Positions 18,787-25,885 of a DNA stretch of 25,885 nt are shown in pieces. A program made the position numbers and the translations under genes. The DNA lies in IMG/VR virus record IMGVR_UViG_3300027734_000286, positions 1 through 25,885 of that record, one strand, 5' to 3'. The notes under the pieces were generated by a model. That model had not been told where the DNA came from, made no database searches, and saw only the letters and a program-made list of their open reading frames with translations. Origin of the DNA: a virus (Duplodnaviria > Caudoviricetes). Position 1 is the stretch's first letter. Every line of letters begins with the position of its first letter.

Positions 18787-18870
18787 GCGGGCCAGCGGGC
18801 CAGCGGGCCAGCCAGCCAGCGGGCCAGCCAGCCAGCCAGCGGGCCAGCCAGCCAGCCAGCCAGCGAGCGG
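18787..18870 (+). repeat. Tandem tetramer array of GCCA/GCGG units (21 units)
   Basis: Counted directly: GCGG units separated by 1, 1, 3, 4 and 5 GCCA units, ending GCGA GCGG. Confidence 0.95.
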
Positions 18871-18926
18871 GGAGCTATAAATTTATTTAATGGGCCTATA
18901 AACGGGGGCGGGGCAGGCTTTTATGC

Positions 18927-19127
18927 CTATTTTTTCACTAACGCTATATTTTCGGGCCTCATGCCGGGGCGATACCCAAGCGCGTGCAAATGCTGGTAGA
19001 TCGACAAAAGCTCATGCCAGCCTTGCGAAAGATCGCCCGCGCCCGCAGCTAATAAAACCGCGCGCGCCACTGGCGTAAGCGGGCGACGAAAGGCTACGGT
19101 GTCAATTTTGCATGGTCTACCTATCAT
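18927..19127 (-). CDS. Small hypothetical protein, possibly DNA-binding (66 aa)
   Basis: MIGRPCKIDTVAFRRPLT...LLAAGAGDLSQGW; the GRP-basic N-terminus followed by two helices suggests a ribbon-helix-helix-like protein. Start position uncertain. Confidence 0.5.
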   Translation of the reverse strand: MIGRPCKIDTVAFRRPLTPVARAVLLAAGAGDLSQGWHELLSIYQHLHALGYRPGMRPENIALVKK

Positions 19128-19155
19128 GCCCGCGATTCTAGCGCCAAACCCCAAA

Positions 19156-19351
19156 ATAGTCATATTGGCACTATTGTCATTCTGTTTTTATCCGCGCCAA
19201 CGGCGGCGCAGGCGGCGCTCTACACCGTCGGCGGTCACCCATACATACATATAATATATGTCTTATAAATTTGTACCAAACATGACAATTAAGACAATCC
19301 GCGCCTATAGCCTGACCGCTGTAGAGGGAAACCGCGCGCGCGCAATAGTCA
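19156..19351. repeat. Degenerate heptamer repeats (ATTGTCA consensus) in inverted arrangement around an AT-rich core; candidate origin
   Basis: ATAGTCA 19156, ATTGGCA 19164, ATTGTCA 19173; inverted TGACAAT 19283 and AGACAAT 19292; ATAGTCA 19345; AT-rich stretch 19241-19272. Confidence 0.5.
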
Positions 19352-19375
19352 CGCATGCCCGCAAAATACCGGCCC

Positions 19376-19429
19376 TAAAAAAAAATATTTCGCTATTTGT
19401 CTTGCAAGCCCTTGCAAAGTGTGTAAAAT
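19376..19429 (+). promoter_or_regulatory. Sigma70-like early promoter with upstream A-tract
   Basis: TTGCAA (19402-07), 16 bp spacer, TAAAAT (19424-29), with an A-tract UP-like element upstream; precedes the plus-strand cassette. Confidence 0.6.
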
Positions 19430-19476
19430 GGACTCCGCAGCATACCGCTACTCTAATCTACTCGAAAGGAAACTAC

Positions 19477-19791
19477 ATGCAAACCTTATACTTTCCAGAC
19501 TACGACGACACACTCCCGCAAATCGCAGGCTTTGTCGATGCGTCATATGGTAACGATACCTGCCCAAGCATACACAGCGAAGAGTTAGGCTTAACGATTC
19601 ACTGCGATTACAAAGACGAGGCCAAGCGCGAAAACGAGGGCTGCACACGCTACAGCATCAGTGACGCAGGCGGCGATCCGCTGCTCGACTCTGACGACCT
19701 CGCCGAAGTGCTGGCCTTCGTTGCTGATTACGACGGATCGCCTGAAAAATGCCGCAACGGCAAACCGCTTGCAAAATGCACTTGCTGCTAA
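19477..19791 (+). CDS. Early acidic hypothetical protein
   Basis: Start at ATG 19477 with AAAGGA RBS; F.DASYGNDTCPS motif and C-terminal C.....L.KCTCC. Confidence 0.75.
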   Translation: MQTLYFPDYDDTLPQIAGFVDASYGNDTCPSIHSEELGLTIHCDYKDEAKRENEGCTRYSISDAGGDPLLDSDDLAEVLAFVADYDGSPEKCRNGKPLAKCTCC

Positions 19792-19805
19792 CCGGAGCCG
19801 TGAAA

Positions 19806-20066
19806 ATGACACTCGAACAAAACGCCGTCCAACAAACGCAATTTGATAAATTCTACGCAACCCTTGCGGAACAATACCGCACACTGTTCCAAACGCCGGA
19901 TTATGCGATGGCCGCCGCGCGTTACACTCCCGAAGATTTAGCGCGCAAAATGACTTGCGGCCTTGCCGCCGGAACCGCCAACAAAGACGGCGAGGGCATA
20001 ATCAAGACTTGTAAGGCACTGGGTATCTCGCACACTTACAAAGCAATCCGCGCGCATATCAGCTAA
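19806..20066 (+). CDS. Early hypothetical protein
   Basis: GGAG RBS 8 nt before ATG 19806; 86 aa. Confidence 0.7.
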   Translation: MTLEQNAVQQTQFDKFYATLAEQYRTLFQTPDYAMAAARYTPEDLARKMTCGLAAGTANKDGEGIIKTCKALGISHTYKAIRAHIS

Positions 20067-20078
20067 TTTTGCAGTATC

Positions 20079-20104
20079 CATGCGCGCCACTAATGGCGCG
20101 CATG
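20079..20104 (+). promoter_or_regulatory. Perfect 11 bp intergenic hairpin without a U-tract
   Basis: CATGCGCGCCA-CTAA-TGGCGCGCATG. Confidence 0.6.
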
Positions 20105-20130
20105 CTAATAATCTACTCTAGGGGTCAACA

Positions 20131-20790
20131 ATGGCAATGCAATGTATACCGCTGAACAAAAAACAAGCTCACGAGATTCACGGCGGTTTAACCCAGACTA
20201 CCAAAATGCCTTGCAAGTCGTATTCACTGCCCACAATAGCTTGCAAGACTGGATTCAAGATGCGCGCGATCGCTGGATCAATCTGTGCCGATTGCTACGC
20301 TGAGAAAGGCAATTACCGCAAATATCAAAACAACATCGAGCCTGCACAACATGCGCGCCTAGTGTCAATCACGGATGAATTGTGGGTTGATGCCATGGTA
20401 GTCAGCATTGGCACGGATGCCTATTTTCGCTGGCATGATTCGGGAGATATTCAAGACATCGAACACTTGGAAAAAATTGCAGCTGTAGCGCGCGCTACGC
20501 CCAATTGCATGCATTGGCTACCCACTCGCGAGTATGGGATTGCGTCAGCGTTTACCGCACAATTCGATATCCCAAAAAATCTCATAATCAGACTGTCGGC
20601 AATGTTCACGGATAAACCCGTCGTCGTACCCGCCAGTCTTAAAAACGTCGCAGGTATCGCAGTTTCAAACGTGCATAGCAAAACTGCTATTGGCACGGCA
20701 TGCAATGCACCAAAGCAAAATGGCGAGTGCCGCGAGTGTCGCGCATGCTGGTCACGCAAAGTTGCTGCGGTATCTTACTCAATTCACTAA
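20131..20790 (+). CDS. GP88-like (phage gene product 88) Cys-rich protein
   Basis: KMP..SYSLP...C..G...ICADCYA.KG.Y, FRWHDSGD, HWLPTRE, NLIIRLS and C-terminal C.A.KQ..ECRECRACW. Confidence 0.8.
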   Translation: MAMQCIPLNKKQAHEIHGGLTQTTKMPCKSYSLPTIACKTGFKMRAIAGSICADCYAEKGNYRKYQNNIEPAQHARLVSITDELWVDAMVVSIGTDAYFRWHDSGDIQDIEHLEKIAAVARATPNCMHWLPTREYGIASAFTAQFDIPKNLIIRLSAMFTDKPVVVPASLKNVAGIAVSNVHSKTAIGTACNAPKQNGECRECRACWSRKVAAVSYSIH

Positions 20791-20805
20791 ACGAGAGGGA
20801 AAACC

Positions 20806-20952
20806 ATGAAAACCATTATTTTAGTGCGCGACGACGGCGCCCGTACTTTAGTCGGCGCACCTGTCGCAGATGATTTTGATGTGCAAGCTTGGGCACAATC
20901 TCGACGTGCAGCATTTGCTTTGCTGTTAATTGTGCAAATAATTGTTGTCTAA
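20806..20952 (+). CDS. 48 aa small protein with hydrophobic C-terminus (not in the ORF track)
   Basis: GAGGGA RBS; MKTIILVRDDGARTLVGAPVADDFDVQAWAQSRRAAFALLLIVQIIVV. Confidence 0.65.
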   Translation: MKTIILVRDDGARTLVGAPVADDFDVQAWAQSRRAAFALLLIVQIIVV

Positions 20953-20976
20953 TCTAATCTATGAGGGGGTGTAAAC

Positions 20977-21204
20977 ATGAAAACAATCGAAGATGTAAAG
21001 CAATATATGCGTGACCTTGCTGCAACGGGGCGAGCGTATCATTGGGACGATAGCCCGACAGAAATTAGCTGGGATACGCCGGTAGACGTTGATGCAATGC
21101 AAAAAGCGCATGCTGAAGTATGGGCGATATGTAATCCATGGACTATCTTAGACGACGACAGCGAAATCGCGAAACTTTACAACCTGACATCAGAGGATGT
21201 GTAA
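20977..21204 (+). CDS. Early acidic hypothetical protein
   Basis: GAGGGGG RBS; 75 aa with a YHWDDSP motif. Confidence 0.75.
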   Translation: MKTIEDVKQYMRDLAATGRAYHWDDSPTEISWDTPVDVDAMQKAHAEVWAICNPWTILDDDSEIAKLYNLTSEDV

Positions 21205-21206
21205 AC

Positions 21207-21359
21207 ATGAAAATTATCAAAGGTAGTTTATTCCAGCGGTCAGATGATACAAAAATGGGATGGCACGTTTGGCGTGGCAATAAGTTGCTAGGCGTGTTCC
21301 AGACACGGGCACAGGCGCGGGTGTGGGTGCGTGATTTTGCGGCGCAGGTGAGCGTATGA
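21207..21359 (+). CDS. 50 aa hypothetical protein
   Basis: GAGG RBS and ATG 21207; W.V......G.F.T.AQA beta-beta-alpha pattern. Confidence 0.65.
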   Translation: MKIIKGSLFQRSDDTKMGWHVWRGNKLLGVFQTRAQARVWVRDFAAQVSV

Positions 21360-21499
21360 CCTACCATATGAAAGACTGTAAAAACGTCAATCCTGCGCCA
21401 GTAGAGGAATCATTAGCTAAGGCGCTGCTATGCCTTGCGCTCGCCATGAGCGCCACGGCGCTGGCTCTCGCGCTAGGCGCTGCGGTAGTCTGCACATGA
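21356..21499 (+). CDS. 47 aa putative single-pass membrane protein (not in the ORF track)
   Basis: ATGA-coupled at both ends; MTYHMKDCKNVNPAPVEESLAKALLCLALAMSATALALALGAAVVCT. Confidence 0.6.
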   Translation: MTYHMKDCKNVNPAPVEESLAKALLCLALAMSATALALALGAAVVCT

Positions 21500-21690
21500 A
21501 TGTAAAAAATGTGATACGCCCGCCGGACATGACATGCTCGTTTTGCGGCGGCAAGGGGTTTCAAACCGTCGAAAGGGCGGCGGGTCAGTCTTTTGTCTGT
21601 AAAAATTGTCGCAGGACGTATCGTAAAAAATCAAATAGCGGTTCCGGCGTTATTGCCGGACGCGTTTATCATCGCACACAGGAGCTATAG
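21496..21690 (+). CDS. Zinc-ribbon protein (64 aa)
   Basis: CSFC...CKNC; start at ATG 21496 by ATGA coupling. Confidence 0.65.
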   Translation: MNVKNVIRPPDMTCSFCGGKGFQTVERAAGQSFVCKNCRRTYRKKSNSGSGVIAGRVYHRTQEL

Positions 21691-21692
21691 CC

Positions 21693-21908
21693 ATGCAATT
21701 TACAATTGAAGAAAACGAACGCGCAGCATACGCGGCGGGCAATACGCCACTGGCGATCGCTTGGGGTAAACTTATCGACTTGGAACAGGAACGCATAACG
21801 CTGCGGCAGTGTATCCGCGACGCTGCGGATTTAATCGACTGGGAGAAAACCGACGATCATACCCAATGGCACGCGCGCGCCGCCAAACTGCTGGACAGCG
21901 ATGCATGA
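21693..21908 (+). CDS. Hypothetical protein
   Basis: AGGAG RBS; 71 aa helical. Confidence 0.7.
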   Translation: MQFTIEENERAAYAAGNTPLAIAWGKLIDLEQERITLRQCIRDAADLIDWEKTDDHTQWHARAAKLLDSDA

Positions 21909-21964
21909 TCTATGCCGCGATCGCGCTTATCATCCAATGGATAATTGACGTGCTAACAGACTAA
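21905..21964 (+). CDS. 19 aa hydrophobic peptide (putative)
   Basis: ATGA overlap with the previous gene; MIYAAIALIIQWIIDVLTD ends exactly at the terminator. Confidence 0.4.
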   Translation: MIYAAIALIIQWIIDVLTD

Positions 21965-21995
21965 AAAAAGGGGCCGAAAGGCCCCTTTAGGTTTT
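21963..21995. terminator. Bidirectional intrinsic terminator between convergent modules
   Basis: A-run, then AAAGGGGCC-GAAA-GGCCCCTTT, then T-rich sequence; stronger for the minus strand. Confidence 0.85.
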
Positions 21996-24285
21996 AGAAG
22001 CCGATCGCGCGCACGTTGGCGCCACCGGCGTTGGGTTCAACGGCGCGCCTAAGCTCTGATTTTGAGAGCGTTGCCATTTCGGGCGCGGCGTAAACGTGTT
22101 TTTTAGTTTTGAATTCGGCGGCGGCGACGCGCCCGCAGTCGATCCAGCCAGCCTCCCGTAACCCGTGCAGCAATTGAGACTGGAACACCTTAAAACCCGC
22201 GGGGCCGGTTAAGCGATCGCAAAGCGCGTGGAACGGCGAGCCGATGACGCCACGGGCGAATTCGCCCGCACGGGCGCGGAGCTGGTCAACAATAAAAGAC
22301 TCTCCCGCGCTCATGGACTGCTCGCACAGGTTCTCTTTAAATTCCGTCACGGGCGGCGCTGCTGCGGGGTTGAACGCGCTCACGTCGCGACGTGCAAGCC
22401 ACCCGGCAATAGCGGCGAAGCCGCCCGACTGATACCAGCGCCAGAGTTTACCGGCGGCGGCGGGCGCCATCCTCGGCGCGCTTGACCAGATACAAAACCA
22501 CCGGCGGTCTTGCGACGCTAGGCTAATCGGCACCGGATCGTTTGAGAACGCCAGCACCAGGCACCGGTTGACCATATCATAGGGGTGCAGGCCCTTGCGG
22601 TTGATCGACAGCATTTCGGGCGGCGCTGCGATGATCGGCTTCAGGCGGTTAGCCAAGGCGCGGCGCTCGCGGGCGTCGGGTTCCTTCAATTCGTTGAGGA
22701 TGATAATCTCGGCCTCCAGTGCGTATCCCCACTGACTGCCTAGCGTGTCGTTGTCCATGATGCCACGGTTGCGGAGCGACGGCCCGCACACGGCCCAAAG
22801 AAGGGGGGCCCACAGCGTATCCTTGCCGCAGCCTTCATCCCCGGCATGCAGCACGGCGTGGTTGATCTTCGTCCGTGGGTTTTGCAGTTTGCAGGCCATA
22901 ATGTCGTAGAGATGCTCGCGCTCGGCGGGCACCGGCACCAGCGCCTCGACGTGGTTAAGCCACGGCGTAATGTCGGCCTCCAGTTCGCGGTCGATCGGCG
23001 GGCGGGCGTCGCGCCAGCGGTTGCCGTAGGTGTCGCCGTCACGCGCCACCAGCACACCGTCGCCTGCCGAGTAGGTAATGCCGACCAGCGCGGGCGCGCC
23101 CTCGGCTTGCCGGTTCTCATCGTAGCAAATGCTCGCCTCGACGCGGCGCGCCTTGCCCTTAGCGTCGGTGTGGATCGAATAGCAGGGAATATGCCGGAAC
23201 AGGGCGTTAAACGTGGTGCGGCCAATCTCGCGGCGGTCGATCAGGTCGAAATATGACTCGTCGGCTTGGATATACCCGAAGCGGTCATACCACCCGGCCT
23301 TTTCGACGCGGCCTAACTCTTTGCGCTCGACGGCGGCGATCATCGCCACGGCGTCGGTTTTCGCGCTGAACAGGTCGCCGGGCTTCAGTTTAGCCAATGC
23401 AGCCTGCATCACGGGGGCCAGCAGTTCGGAGCGTAGCCCCGGCGCGTGTGACGGGCCGCCCTGCTCGGCTACCCAGGTTAAGAAGGCGACGCTATCCCAT
23501 TCAAGGCAGTGCTCGTGCAGGCACGTATAGGCCCGATTGACGGGCATGTAGCGGCCCTCGATCTCGCCGGTGGTGTGGGCGGCGTTGTTGGGGCAGACCA
23601 CACCCCACCACCCGGCGCTGTTGCCGTGCGCGGTCAGGTGGCCGGACTCGGAGAGCCACGCTAGCACGTCGTCGCTGCCGTCGTCGTCGAGATCGACGCG
23701 GCGCACGGTGGCGGTGTCGGCCGCGGCGGGCGTCACGCCCAAGGCGGCGCAGATTTCGGCTAACGTATACTCACGCGCCGGTTCGAATTCGACCAGCACC
23801 GACGCCCACGCCTCACGGCCCGGTTTCAAGTTTATACTGCCCGGCAGACGAAAATTTCTCACGGGGTTGGTCGCCCCACCGTCGGTGTATCCGGCCTCCG
23901 CGATGGCCTTGATCGCTGCGGTAAACTCGCCACAGGAGGGCTGCTCGCTAAAGGCGTAGCCGTATTGAAAGTTGCCGGGTGAGGTTTCCATGCGCCACGT
24001 CGGGGCCAGCGGCGGCACTTTGGCCTTGGTGCCCACGTCGTCCAGCACCAGCACGAGACAGTGCGTGCAGTTTGACGCGCTGGCACTCAGTTTGCCGTCA
24101 CGCATACGGTCGAGGATGAAGCTACCGGTGTTGCCGTACCATGCGCCACCGGCGCGGTATTTCTCCGGCAAGAATGGGGGCCATGTGTAGCTCTCAACGC
24201 CCTTGACGGTGCGGGGCTTTTGTTTGACAATTAGCGCGCTCTCTCCCTCGGGAGCTAACGATGCGAAAAACTCTAAAAAGTCCAT
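21994..24285 (-). CDS. Primase-helicase: RepB-like (AEP superfamily) primase fused to a DUF5906/NrS-1-like SF3 helicase
   Basis: LVLDDVG and ETSPGNFQYGY primase motifs, C...H...C.H..C zinc cluster, Walker A GDEGCGKDT, Walker B IILNE, then FSN and DRRW. Confidence 0.85.
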   Translation of the reverse strand: MDFLEFFASLAPEGESALIVKQKPRTVKGVESYTWPPFLPEKYRAGGAWYGNTGSFILDRMRDGKLSASASNCTHCLVLVLDDVGTKAKVPPLAPTWRMETSPGNFQYGYAFSEQPSCGEFTAAIKAIAEAGYTDGGATNPVRNFRLPGSINLKPGREAWASVLVEFEPAREYTLAEICAALGVTPAAADTATVRRVDLDDDGSDDVLAWLSESGHLTAHGNSAGWWGVVCPNNAAHTTGEIEGRYMPVNRAYTCLHEHCLEWDSVAFLTWVAEQGGPSHAPGLRSELLAPVMQAALAKLKPGDLFSAKTDAVAMIAAVERKELGRVEKAGWYDRFGYIQADESYFDLIDRREIGRTTFNALFRHIPCYSIHTDAKGKARRVEASICYDENRQAEGAPALVGITYSAGDGVLVARDGDTYGNRWRDARPPIDRELEADITPWLNHVEALVPVPAEREHLYDIMACKLQNPRTKINHAVLHAGDEGCGKDTLWAPLLWAVCGPSLRNRGIMDNDTLGSQWGYALEAEIIILNELKEPDARERRALANRLKPIIAAPPEMLSINRKGLHPYDMVNRCLVLAFSNDPVPISLASQDRRWFCIWSSAPRMAPAAAGKLWRWYQSGGFAAIAGWLARRDVSAFNPAAAPPVTEFKENLCEQSMSAGESFIVDQLRARAGEFARGVIGSPFHALCDRLTGPAGFKVFQSQLLHGLREAGWIDCGRVAAAEFKTKKHVYAAPEMATLSKSELRRAVEPNAGGANVRAIGF

Positions 24286-24312
24286 TGTGTCGTTTCCTGG
24301 TTGGTTGTTGTT

Positions 24313-24352
24313 CGGCGGCCTGCGATCCCTCCCTCGCAGGCCGTTGTTTTTT
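24313..24352 (+). terminator. Intergenic hairpin with its T-tract on the plus strand
   Basis: CGGCGGCCTGCGA-N8-TCGCAGGCCGTTG-TTTTTT. Confidence 0.5.
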
Positions 24353-25885
24353 CACTTCCCGTAACGCGTTTGCACCTTAATCTCCACGCCTAGCGGCAGG
24401 CCAACGGCCCACTCCGGCGGTCTGCACATCACCTCCCGCATGCGCGACACCATCGCCTCACCCATGCGCTCGGGGCACTCGACGACGATCTCATCATGAA
24501 TATGCAAAACGGTGTCCTCCAGTTGGCGCAGCGAGTAGCGCAGAATATCGTTCGCGGTCGCCTGCGTGATGTTCTCGACGGCCAAGCCGCGCCACAGACG
24601 GGCGCGCGGCCATTCGGTCGCGTCAGCCGCCGGTTTCCACGACGCCTTGGCGTACGATACACCATCATGTTCAAGTCGGGCGAATGGGTAGCATAGCACC
24701 CGACCGGACGGCAGGGAATACCAAAGGTGTTGACCGTCGAACAGGTAGCAGACGCGCCCCGCGTGGCACTCGTGCCCTTTGTGACGCAAGGCGCGGGTAT
24801 AGGCGGCTTCAAGGTCTTGGCCGTGCTTCATGGCCCACGGGTTAGCCCGGCGCCAGGTCGAAATGGCGCGGGCGATTTCACCCTCGGTCATCCTGACACC
24901 GTAGACGCGCCCAAAAGTCTCGAACGAGCCAGGGCCACCCAAGAAGCCTAGCGCGAGTTCCTGCACCTTGCCGACCTGCCGCTGCATGTCGGTCACGTCG
25001 TTGTAGGCCACGCCGAACGTCGAGGTGGCGTTGACCTTGTAGGGGTCGAGGCCCGACCGGAACACGTCGAGCTTGGCTTCACCGGCGTGACAGTTGGACA
25101 GCCACGGATTCACGCGGCCTTCAATCGCCGCCCAGTCTGCGACGACCAGCACATTACCGGCGGCGGGCATCAGCGCGGGGCGTAGCATCCCCTTGAGAAC
25201 GTCGGTGACGCGCTTGCCGTAGTTTGGCACAATCTGGTGCCCGCGCACCATGGCGTGGCGCACGGCGTCGGGTTCCTTCGCACACTTGCGGGTGAAGTTA
25301 TGCACCTGGGCGCCGTAGCTCGACGCCCGACCAGTAGCCGAACCACCGGCAAAGACGAAGGCACCACGCACGCGGTGGTCGTCCACGTCAGCCAGATCGG
25401 ACAACCGTTTGAATTTGGCGACCGAACTGGCCCACAGGTCATCGGCACACTGGATCACATCAGCCACGGCTGCGGGCACCTCGTCGGGGTTTTCCTCGGC
25501 GAGCAGCAATAGGTTAGCGCGCACGGTCTTGTCGATCGAATACTTGACCGCACCGTCAACGTGTAAGGTCATCAGTTTGATGGCTTCGGGGCCGACACGG
25601 GCCTGCACCCATGCGCGCATTTTGGGCGACCGCACACTGGTAATCTCGCCTTCGGTTACCTCAGCGACGATTTGCTGGATTTCGATCAGTTCGGCGTCGG
25701 CGTAGGTCATGGCGGCGCGGCACAGCGCGGTGTCACATAACACGCCACGATCGTTGATGCGCTCGTTGACGTGGTAGTCGGCCAGCTCGTCGTCCGACAG
25801 GTCACGCATGGCGGTGCTAATCTCGCGCATCGCCCGCACGTCCTGCTCGCAATAGCGCACCATCTCGGCCATCAGGTCGGGGTCG
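24352..25885 (-). CDS. polA: Family A DNA polymerase, partial (N-terminal exonuclease part lies beyond the right edge)
   Basis: ExoIII YCEQD, TGR.S, motif A ADWAAIEGR, motif B RQVGKVQELALGF and motif C HIHDE; the frame stays open to the window edge. Confidence 0.93.
   Translation of the reverse strand, partial: DPDLMAEMVRYCEQDVRAMREISTAMRDLSDDELADYHVNERINDRGVLCDTALCRAAMTYADAELIEIQQIVAEVTEGEITSVRSPKMRAWVQARVGPEAIKLMTLHVDGAVKYSIDKTVRANLLLLAEENPDEVPAAVADVIQCADDLWASSVAKFKRLSDLADVDDHRVRGAFVFAGGSATGRASSYGAQVHNFTRKCAKEPDAVRHAMVRGHQIVPNYGKRVTDVLKGMLRPALMPAAGNVLVVADWAAIEGRVNPWLSNCHAGEAKLDVFRSGLDPYKVNATSTFGVAYNDVTDMQRQVGKVQELALGFLGGPGSFETFGRVYGVRMTEGEIARAISTWRRANPWAMKHGQDLEAAYTRALRHKGHECHAGRVCYLFDGQHLWYSLPSGRVLCYPFARLEHDGVSYAKASWKPAADATEWPRARLWRGLAVENITQATANDILRYSLRQLEDTVLHIHDEIVVECPERMGEAMVSRMREVMCRPPEWAVGLPLGVEIKVQTRYGK

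Noticed and set aside
18787-18870. CRISPR array
   Set aside because: No unique spacers, 4-nt period and no cas genes.
18581-18999. Plus-strand ORFs with PASQPAS / ASQR repeats
   Set aside because: They are translations of the stop-free tetramer array, have no RBS, and are open in several frames.
19258-19476. N-terminal extension of the 177 aa ORF
   Set aside because: It crosses the promoter and candidate origin; the strong RBS supports ATG 19477.
22228-25705. Overlapping ORFs within the primase and polymerase genes
   Set aside because: High-GC alternate-frame or antisense artefacts with no motifs.
1-25885. Alternative genetic code, introns or inteins, tRNA genes
   Set aside because: Core genes are intact and of normal size under the standard code with tight packing; no cloverleaf or splicing element was seen by eye.

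Overview
A contiguous piece of a dsDNA podovirus-like (short-tailed Caudoviricetes) phage genome with no host-like genes. The minus-strand virion module, read right to left, is: terminase small subunit, terminase large subunit, portal, a long collagen/S74-chaperone fibre, small genes, scaffold, major capsid, a decoration-like protein, a cluster of Cys-rich and Lys-rich small proteins, head-tail adaptor, tail nozzle, tail fibre, a GNAT-like protein and three ejection/internal virion proteins (the last runs off the left edge). A control region at about 18.6-19.45 kb holds a G/C box, a GCCA/GCGG tetramer array, inverted heptamer repeats around an AT-rich core and a sigma70-like promoter. A divergent plus-strand early cassette of small genes (including a GP88-like protein) ends at a bidirectional terminator. 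It converges on a minus-strand RepB-like primase/helicase and a family A DNA polymerase (Leu762 type, truncated at the right edge). No integrase, RNA polymerase, lysis gene, tRNA or CRISPR was seen. Family assignments come from motifs and synteny recognised by eye, not from database searches.
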